A DNA stretch of 64,000 nucleotides from the human T2T-CHM13v2.0 reference genome, Homo sapiens. Shown piece by piece: positions 52,048 through 64,000 of the stretch. The DNA is taken from the NCBI RefSeq assembly GCF_009914755.1, contig NC_060929.1; one strand, given 5' to 3'. Below the pieces are notes generated by a model. The model did not search any database and was not told where the DNA came from. It worked only from the letters and a program-made list of their open reading frames with translations. A program made the translations under genes and the position numbers. Each line of letters opens with the position of its first letter. The first letter of the stretch is position 1.

Positions 52048-52751
52048 TATTATTTAATAATAATAATATCTATTTTATTCCCCCATTTTTTCACTTTGAA
52101 ATATTAAAAACTATAGAAAAATTGTAAGAATAAAAGAATGCTATATGTGGGTGTATATATACAAGTATGTATATTTTTGCTGAGCCATTTGAAAGTAAGT
52201 TGCAGGTATCGTCACATTTCCCTCCTACAGTACTTCTGCATGCATCTCTGCGTTCTCATAACAGTGGAATTCTCAAACTTGGAAAATGTATTATGGATGT
52301 AATACTCTTCTTTAAAATTTCCCTTATTGTCTCCATCATGTTCCTTTTCTGTTGTTTGTTTTTATTTCTGACCCAGGCCAATCAAGGATACATATTGCAT
52401 TAAATTGTCATGTCTCTTTGGTGTGCTTTAATCAAGAATGATTCCCCAGCCTTTTTTTCTCCCATGAGTTGACATTTTTGAGGAGTCCAGGACAGTCATT
52501 TTGCAGATGACCCGGCTGGTTTGTTCAACAGTTAGCAGCAGTTGAATACCTCCCACGTGCTGGGCACTGTGCTGGTGATAGGAGAACATCTGAATCAAGG
52601 CAGGTGGGGTTGTTTTCCTTTTGCTGCTCACAGTCTAGTGGGAGAGCCTGAGGATAAATAAGTTACAGAAAAGTGAAAAATACTGGGAGAGACTGAAGAG
52701 CATTCCCGCCTAGGCATGCATCTGCTCTAAAGATAAATAGGGCCCGAGACA

Positions 52752-53299
<548 letters not shown>

Positions 53300-55809
53300 T
53301 TAGACCATGGTGTGGTGGCTTTTCGATCTAATTTTAGGTGCAATGAGAAGCCCTTGGAGAGTTGATAAAGTGGACCCCATGAACTGAGGCATGCTTTAAA
53401 AAGATTACCAGCCTCTGTTTGAAGCACCCCTGAAGCCATTTGCTGGGTTGGAATGAAATTTCTTCCACAAATTCAAGAGGATGGATAAATTCAAAGTGGT
53501 GTTTGTGAGAATTTAGAGCTATCAGAAAAGGTGGTTTAAAACTCCTGACTTATGTTTGTTATTTGAAATTATACCTGGGTAATTTCTGAGGCATGGACTT
53601 GGCTTGGCTTTCCAGAGAGGTGGGTGGGGACATCTCTTGTTCTCTCGTCTTGTCTGGTTTGTCCCCTTCATCAGTGACATCATCACACCCTAGAAACCAC
53701 ACAGTAGTCCCATTGCCTCCCCGGCAGTTTTTAATTTGGACTTCGGCTGGTGTCTCTGGGGAATCCTGCCACCCCTGGCTGAGGAGTGTGTGCCTCCCAC
53801 CTGCTCTCCCCAGGCGCCCCTTCCGCAGAGCCCACCCACCTTTGCTTCATGGTCCTTCAAGCCGACCACACTGGAACTAAACCAACGCTTAAGAGGAAAC
53901 AGATTAGCAGGCGCGGTGAGGCCCCTGCCTGTTCCTGGGCAGGCCCCATGCAGCTAGAGGCGTACACGGTGCCTGTGCTCGTTGGCCTCCTGCCTGGGCT
54001 CACCCGGCCAGAGTCTGGGGAGGGTGGCCGCCAGGTGTGTAAGGGCCACAAAGATGCTGGCAGTCTGCCTGAAGCTTCGGAATCAGAGACCGAGAGGAAA
54101 GACTCCCAGTTTGCAGAAGAACATCTCCAGGGTTTATTGCACTGAAGTTAGAGTTACCTTAACCTGTCTGCTGCAGCTTTATGCTGGTTGATGTGTATTT
54201 AATTCACAAACTTGTGTTAATTTCCTCTGCTTTTTTGTCCTCCACAAAGTGTGTCCTTGTCACTGTTCTTCTCATACACGCATTCATCCTGACCTTACTG
54301 AGGGCTTCCTGTGTTGAGAGCTGGGTGAGGTCACTGAAGAAAGTGTTCAACCCAGAGTCTGCAGTGGAGGGAACAGCCATGATGCCATGCTGCAGGTGTG
54401 GAGATGCTTATCAGATACTTCCTTGCCTGCGGCCTGGCCCCTGCAGCCCACACTCAGCTGCAGGAGCTCTCTCAGGTCCTGGAGCACACCATGCTCCCTG
54501 CTTCCTTAGGGTCTTGGCATTTGCTGTTCCCTCTGCTAGAATGCTCTTCCTGTGCCACCTCCTTCACCTAGCCAACTGCTACCCTTCTCTGCCCACCCTG
54601 GCAATGCCTGATAACCTTGTCATCTGCATACATAGGACCGTGTCTCTTTCCTTCAGACTACACAGCTCCATTTGGAATAATGTGTGTACGAATGTGTGTG
54701 ATTATTTGATTCCTGTTTGTCTCCCCTACTTGGGTGTAAACTTTGTAAGGGATGGGAAGATGTCTGTGGTTGCTCATCACATAACCCCAGTGTACCCTAG
54801 GCCTAACTCTTTAGTGGTAGAGGGTTCTCTAGAGAACGGCTAGTTACTGATGGAATCTCAGGAAGTGTGTGCACGGTGGGTGGCTTCTGTGAAGTCGGGA
54901 AGTCAAGGCTTGCTCTCCCCTGGGCAGAATCCAGTACGATGAAATGAGAGAGAGATGGAATGCAGAGCACTCGAGAGCGTTTGGAGATACTGGGTGTTTT
55001 CTGGCATCCTAAACAGCAAGGACCCAGGATACCCACCCACTTGCCTTCAGAGCAGACTACAAGGAATCTTCCTGTTCATTTTCCTGACTGTCTCCCCATA
55101 TCCCCATTCTCCATATTGAGTTTTTCTGGAAAGAAGCAAGGGGTGTGTTTCATTTTTCTGTTCTGTGCCAAACCTCAACTAGGGAGAGGAAGTTCTGTAA
55201 TCAGATTTTTCCCTTCTGGGCTCCTTTGTTAGGATGTTGCCCTGAAAGAATGTCTCGTTTCACTGGAGATCTCAGCCAGCCTCAGCATGAGCCCTGTTCC
55301 ACTTGGGTTGTATTTACTTCCAAATGGTGTGAGACAAATGCACTTCTGTGTCCCCACTTCCCTGGGATGTCCTGCTGTACAACCTTCTGAATTAAAACTT
55401 AGGATCTGTGTGGCAGTGGGTGAGTAACTCAGGAGCTGGGTGGGGACACGGTGGTTGCAGTGTGGAGGAAGAGACTATTCTTGTGTGGTCCCAAACTGTG
55501 ACCCAGGCATTAATATTCAACTAGCCTGGCTCCTCTGCCTTCTGATAAGATCAAATAACAGCAGCATGTGGTCAGAGACTCAAATGCCTACAAAGCCTGG
55601 GAAAGTGGAGCACCCCATTAGTTGGAAAACTGTACTCTCCAGTTAACCCTAGTCCCCACCACTCCCAATTGTCCCCAAGACAAAAATGACCACTGGTTTT
55701 GAAGAGCAGACTTCTTCGCTGGCCACACGTCTTAGTTTCCATTTTGGTTGTTGGATATTTGGGGATAGGGACTATGGTGAACTAGAAAGCTTGTGCCCCT
55801 CTAAGAGGA

Positions 55810-56105
55810 CAGCTACTTCTCAACTCCAGGTAATTGTTGCCACATGAAAATATGGGCCCAATGTCACCAGATAATCTGTTTCTTAAAGAGAAGCCAGATA
55901 GCTGGATTTGTTTTTATTTTTACAATTTTTACATTTCTTGTAGAGACAGAATCTTGGTACATTGCCTAGGCTGGTCTTGAACTCCTGGGCTCAAGCGATT
56001 CTCCCACTTTGGCCTCCTAAAGTGCTGGGATTACAGGTGTGAGCCACTGGGCCCAGCCAGATATCTGGATTTGTATGAAAAATCTTCTAATTTTTAAACA
56101 TTGGG
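55810..56105. mobile_element. MER102-like element interrupted by FLAM_C (-, 55908-56058)
   Basis: ttgttgccacatg...gggcccaatgtcaccagat...agagaagccaga; TSD agata(g/t)ctggatttgt. Confidence 0.6.
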
Positions 56106-56123
56106 AACAAACACATGTTTTAA

Positions 56124-56895
<772 letters not shown>

Positions 56896-57397
56896 CTATG
56901 ACTGTACCACTGAACTCCAGCCTAGGCCACAGAGGGAGACCCAGTCTTTAAAAAAAAAAAAAACCATACACACACACATATATATATAGCATATGTCAAA
57001 TGCAACTTGCGTGTGGGTTTTGCTTTGTTCAAAAGTTGTCAGCCGTCTGTTGGCCAGTGTGGGGTGGGTCATCTGAAAGCAGCCACTTCTTTAGATGGCA
57101 GTACATGAGCAAGTGGGTGTAAATGGAGAAAAATAGAAGCCCAAAGAACAGCTGCAGGGAAGCTGCACGGGCTGGTCCAGGGAAGTAAGCCTTGGTCCAG
57201 AGAGGCCTGGATTTGTACTCCAGCTCTTCCTTGCACGAGGGTGTGAAGGGCCTGATCACTCCACTTCACCCAGCCCCAGCTTCCCACTATGTGATATAAG
57301 ATGAGTGGCATTTGTTTCACAGAGCACATCAGGGTGCCCAGCGCAGGGCTCAGGAGCTGTTACTCCAGCAGGCCTCACCTTTAACAAGCTCTAATGA

Positions 57398-57781
<384 letters not shown>

Positions 57782-59566
57782 TAGGCATTCCTGGGGTTCT
57801 GACCCACCTCTCTCTGCTATCTCTCTTGAATTCCTTCTCACCTCTATTTTTCCTTGCTGCTCGCTCCTGTCATAGTCATTACCTCTACCTGGATGTGGTC
57901 ATTGTTTCCACACCACCAGTGCTGCTTCCCCTCAAAGCGCTTCACATGTGTCTCCAGTCCCACCTTCCTGAAGTGCAGCTCTGCTTGTGGCAGTGTTCAG
58001 ACCCCTCCAGCCTATTGGTTGAGCTTCCCTAGCCCTGCTGTTACGAGCTTCCGCTTGACCAGCCTCCATCCCTTTCTCCATTTTCTCCCTTGCCAACCTC
58101 TCCCTACCCAGCTGCTGTTACTCTCTGCCTTACTCCCCTCACCTAGCGTACCCCAGCCCTTCAGCTTTCTGTCACTTCCTCCAATTTGCCATTGTCTTTC
58201 TACAGTCTGTGCAATTGTTCCTCCTGATACTTGGCATGGTGATGTCTCCTGTGTTCCCCCAGCTAACCTTCATTTGTGTCTTGGGGGGTCTGTCTCCGAT
58301 AAACTTCTTTCTTACCTGCTCTCATTACACCCTAAACTCCTTCGCTCTTATCCCTAGAATTATTTGTGTATAAACTTGTCCATCTCTGTCTTCCCTATTA
58401 GACCAAAGTTCTGGAGAGGCAGTGCCATGTCTGGTTGTTCTGTGCATCTCACATTTATGGAATGAATATAGACTCTCCTTCCACCTCTTTATATACCTCT
58501 TCCTGGAGAGAAATGGAACTGCCTGCTATTCCCTGCACACACCTCAGAGTCCTTGAATGCATGAATTCTGCCATTGTCTGCCTAGGTTTAAAGCCTCCCT
58601 CTACCCATTCCTGGCTGTACTGCATTGGATGGGTCACTTTACCTCTCTGGGTCTTAATTTCTTCAGCTGTAAAATGGGACTGATAAGAGTGCCTGTCTCA
58701 TAGAATGCCTGTCCTGCCTCATGGTGGCTGTGTAATGCTGGGCCACTGAACCTCCCTGAGCTTGGTTTTCTTGTCAGTGCGATGTGGATGTTGATGATGA
58801 TACTATATCATCCCCATTGTGTTGGGGATTAAAGAAGTACAGAAACGCACCGGAAGTGCATGGCCCGATGCCTGGTGCAGAGCGTAGGCTTGTTAAGTGC
58901 TTATTGCTGTTATGATTGTTATTAGTCTAGTAGTGGCTCTGGCACAAATTAGAGAGACCTGTGTTTCTGGTTATGCTTTAGGGCCATCTGTGGGGAGGTG
59001 TGTTAGATCCTCCTGGGTGCATCCTGTGCTGACCTTTACATTGCTTAGTGGTGAGGGAAGAGAAGAGACTGATTAAACAGAAAGACCCCACCCCCTCTCC
59101 AGTCTAATCCTTCTTTTGCTTGGCTCAAGTACTTCATTATTGGGTCTGTTTTTTGTTTTTTTGTAGTTTATTTATCTATTTGTTTTATTTTTTTGCCTAG
59201 GAAATAAAGAATTAGCAAGATAATCTGTTTTGTGTGACTGGTGCAGCCTCCGGTTATATATCGCTTCCTCAGGGAAGCCTTCCCTGACCACCTCAACTGA
59301 GGGTATATCCCCAGTCACTCTCCATCTCAACACCCACTTTATTTCTTTCATAGGATTTTTCCTAATTGATGACTTTATGGTCTATCCTGTCTCCTAGACT
59401 GTAAGTTCCATGAGGTCATAGACTTTGCACTGCTCACTGGGAGGAAAACTGGAAGGGAAGGAAGGAAAGAAAACCTTTTAGGGGTCCTTGAATATGCTTT
59501 AAAAGTCTAAGATTTTAATCTGCTGTTGACTCTGACTTGGGAATTGAAACTATTAAGAGACACAGG

Positions 59567-59959
<393 letters not shown>

Positions 59960-61058
59960 TTAATTTCACACAGATGTTTCTTCTGAGTGTAGCTTGTTAA
60001 TCTCTAGGGAAGATGCCAAGCCTTCTCACCCCATTCCAGCTGAGGAGGCTATTCTCCTTGGTCAGCTGGTGCCCACGCGAAGCCTCCTGGCCCAGCTGCA
60101 CCCAGATCCTCTCTGATCATAGGGTTGGAATAGAACAGGTAGTACAAATAATAGCAGCTAACTCTCATCTGTAGAACTTTTCCTGTGTGCTTGGTGCTTT
60201 ACACAGATTATTTCATTGAATTCCCACAGTAACTCAATGAGGTAAGTACTCTTATCTGATGGAAGAGCAAGGTGAGGCTTGAGGAGCATAAGTTATTAGC
60301 CTAAAACAATAAAACTTGTAAAGATCAGGGCCAATGTTGGAACCATGTCATCTGTTTTAAAAGCTACTGCTGTGCTGCCGAGCTGCTGAAGACTTTCGAT
60401 CATTGAATTTTGGCTTTGGGATGTGTTGTGGGCAGGCAGAGGAGGAGCAGGGGAAGGAAATGTTGCAGATTTATTTTCCTAATTTTGCTTGGCTTCAGCT
60501 AATATTAAAATTATTTTGAGCACTCCACTGACAAAGGCGGAAGAGAGAATCCAATTTGATATTAAATATTTGCAATGGAAAATTTGCAGAGTCTTTTTGA
60601 ATAGAAGATATTTCCGAGTAATTCCCATGGGACTAATTCGGCCAGTTGTTCCCTTCTGCAGCATGCTTCCTGTGGTTGCTTCACTGTTCTCAGAAATGGA
60701 CATTCCTGACTTTGAAGTCCTGGGGTTATGCTGGGCTAGATGCTGAACTGTGCCTTGGTTTCCCTGGCAATGTATGAATAAAGGGGAGAGGGTTACGAAC
60801 TGCACTTGTCTGAGTTATAATTCTGTGATCTATGACAATTGCATTAAACCAGGCGTCTTTAGCCGGGTGTGGGCTTTATCATAATAGTAATATTCATAGT
60901 AGCTGATGCTGACTGAGCGTTTGCTTGTGTGCTACATAGGACACTGAGACCTTTATATGCCCCCACTGTTTTCATCCTAACAATGACTTTGTTGTGAAGG
61001 TCCCATTAACCCTATTTTATAGACTAAGAAACTGGGGATCAGAGAGGTTAAGTTCTGA

Positions 61059-61468
<410 letters not shown>

Positions 61469-61799
61469 CATCTTTGAAGCCTTAACTGCTTGATGGAAGA
61501 GCTGATCCCTTCCAGACCAGTTGCCATGGTGAGCTAGAATTCCTGGCACAGAGTGTGGATATCCTCCTTGTTGGACTTGGTTGCCCTGTCACCTACTGCA
61601 TTACCACAGATGATTTCCATCTGGCATATAGCCAGACAGATAAGGGAAGAGGGTCTTTCCTCACTGTAAGTTTCAAGGCCCATGCTGTAAGGCCATCAGA
61701 TGAAGACATCCTTGAGCCTCTGAAGCAGCACTGTCCATTTCCTCATTGCAGTCATGTAGTTTGAATCAATGACAGTTCTACCAAAGTCTAGTTTCTCAC

Positions 61800-62355
61800 T
61801 AGGTGAACATCTGGAATGTAAACTCCAGGAGGATGGAGACCTTGCAAATTGTGTTCACAGCTGCATTTCCAGTGCTCAGAGTAGCACCTAGCATGTCACA
61901 GGCTCAGCACACATTTGTTGAATCTTTAATCCTGACGGGTCTGCCGCTAGCACTACCAGTTTGTCTTCCTCTGAGCTGGACCATCTCATGCTGTTCTTTG
62001 TGCATATAATGCTGTTCCCTCTGTGCAACATGCTGTTCCCTACCCTGCCTGCTTAGTACCCTCTCCCCTTCAGGTCTCAGCCTAAATGTCACCTCTTTAG
62101 ATGGGCTTTCCTGATCTCCATATAGGCTGTCCCCTATGTCCAAATAGCGTGTCTGTGTTAAATGGTCTCATAACACACTGTACTTTTCCTTCAAGGCATG
62201 TGTCTCAATTTATAATTATACTTACGTGAATAGAACTGTTTTACATGTGACCTCTCCTTAAACTTTTAGTTCCATGAGGGCAGAGATCCTATTTTGCTCA
62301 CTCTTATCCTCCTAGGGCTTAGTAGATGCTCACTAAACATTTGTGAGCAAATGAG
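61800..62355 (-). mobile_element. L2 3' fragments
   Basis: gtaaactccaggag...cacatttgttgaat and ttccatgagggcagag...ctcactaaacatttgtgagcaaatga. Confidence 0.65.
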
Positions 62356-63687
62356 TTCTCCACTTTCCCCACCAACACCAACATCCCCCAGAGTGATAGA
62401 TTCTAATGCATTTAGTATTTACAACTGGATGAAGCCTTTTCTCCCCATCTCTGACCCTCACAACCACTTCCTTGGCACTAATCAGACTCCCTGCTTCACA
62501 GACGGAAGGGATTTATTTTCCCTTTGGATCTGCCATAACTCAGGTTCAGGGAAGGCTGTGATCTGCCCTCACTGCAGCTACCTAGCCCCAGGCCCAGGGA
62601 GCCAGGGCTGCTGTTTTTAGAGCACCTGAGTAACTTCAAGTTCTCGAGAGTCATCTATAAAAAGTCTTAGTCTTCAACCCTTTATTCTGTGGACAAGGTG
62701 AAAAGAGTGGTGCCTCTGCAGACTGCCTCCCTCCTTAGCACACACTCTGCCTTTTGTTCCTTCTCCCTGCTTATGATGTCTTGTTAGCACTGAAATGAAT
62801 GGATCTTTCACCAGGGAAAATGGGGGAGGTTGGAAACATCAAAACCGGTAATGCTTTTTATCAGGTAGGAGCCAGAGGAGGAGGGAGGCGTGTGAGCAAA
62901 GCGTGTCTCAGGCTGTGAACTGTCGCTGGGCGCTGGCACCCTTGGCCTTTTAGAGTCGCCACTCTGTAGGATAAGACAGACGTGCAGAGAGGCCAGAGGT
63001 TTCTGCGTGGCTCCCTCTGGTCTCGCTCCTTGCTTCTTTCCCCTTTCTCCTTCTTGACATATGCAGCTCAGACTCTTCCTCACTTGGCCCTTCCTCATCA
63101 GTATTGGCTTTCAGCTCTCCTGGCCCGACATCCTGTGGACGCTGCAGTTCAGACAAATAGCAAGATCATCAAAGAGAGGCGCATGAATGAAAAACTGCTT
63201 TATGACATGCCTTCAAAGTGTCTTTTTAGAAGTTCAAAGGATGTGGAGAGGAGGCAGGGGAATCAAAGAAGATGGGGGAGAGCAATGAACTCTCCAAGGA
63301 ATCATTAGGTTTTTCATTGTATATTTTCTATGACGCTTGTGATGTAAAAATCAAAAGTATTCCCAGCCCTGAAGGGTTCTCAGTGAATAGATCTGATGCA
63401 AAGAAGGAAACAACACACCTTGCTGTGGAAGGCTCTACCCTGGCATTCTGAGTCCCCCATTTTGTATCTGCAGTTCCTGTTTGGACCTCATTCGAATACT
63501 TTGATCAGGGAAGACTGTCCAGAGATGGAGATTGAATGCTGTTTATGTGGTTCGATGCAAATGAATAATTTAGTCTGTGCAGATATTCCCCATTACCTCT
63601 TCCATTTAAAGACGAGCTAGGGTCCGGCTGTAGCGACGGATATGCAGAGCTTAGAAAAGATCTGGCATAGATCATACAATTCAGAGA

Positions 63688-63992
63688 CTTTTTTTTTTTT
63701 TTTTTTTTGAGATGGAGTCTCACTCTGTCACCCGGGCTGGAGTGCAGTGCTGTGATCTTGGCTCACTGCAATCTCTGCCTCCCGGGTTCAAGTGATTCTC
63801 TCCTGCCTCAGCCTCCTGAGTAGCTGGGATTGCAGGTGTGCGCCACCACGCCCAGCTAATTTTTGTATTTTTGGTAGAGACAGGGTTTCACCATGTTGGC
63901 CAGGCTGGTCTTGAACTCCTGACCTCAGGTGATCAACCTGCCTCAGCCTCCCACAGTGCTGGGATCACAGGCATGAGCCACCACACCCAGGC
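63688..63992 (-). mobile_element. AluSx
   Basis: Poly-T plus full antisense Alu. Confidence 0.92.
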
Positions 63993-64000
63993 TGATCCCA

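Noticed and set aside
54054-54076. ATGCTGGCAGTCTGCCTGAAGCT (MLAVCLKL), resembling the ABL1 exon 1a start MLEICLKL
   Set aside because: Similarity ends after 8 codons with no matching downstream sequence or good donor; consistent with chance.
54181-54843. 220-aa plus-strand ORF
   Set aside because: Largely antisense L2-like sequence (LAFAVPSARML); no recognisable protein.

Overview
Human genomic DNA. A human-specific AluYb-lineage element at 35-338 supports the species call. The window is non-coding and looks intronic or intergenic: I find no credible protein-coding exon chain, CpG island, rRNA or CRISPR array, and the long ORFs read through Alu, MIR, L2, L1 or microsatellite sequence. Roughly 55-60 Alu copies or fragments (about a quarter of the window, estimated by eye) sit among L1M/L2/MIR remnants, hAT-type MER DNA transposons and four ERV1-type LTRs. 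The main finding is a composite retro-insertion at 15356-15796 (minus strand): a full-length precursor-type tRNA-Asp(GTC), with a 5-nt leader, a 13-nt trailer ending in UUU and no CCA, is fused to a full-length AluSp plus poly(A). The whole unit lies inside one 13-bp target-site duplication (TSD) that splits an AluSc. Other observations: a monomeric-Alu retrocopy carrying a unique 3' tag, two template-switch hairpins (one a perfect 29-bp stem), a 124-bp local duplication, and several repeat-free blocks resembling enhancers or lncRNA exons. Repeat subfamily names come from recalled consensus sequences and need RepeatMasker/Dfam confirmation. From memory, a low-scoring Asp-GTC isodecoder is annotated at chr5q31.3 (SPRY4-AS1 region); this locus guess is unverified.
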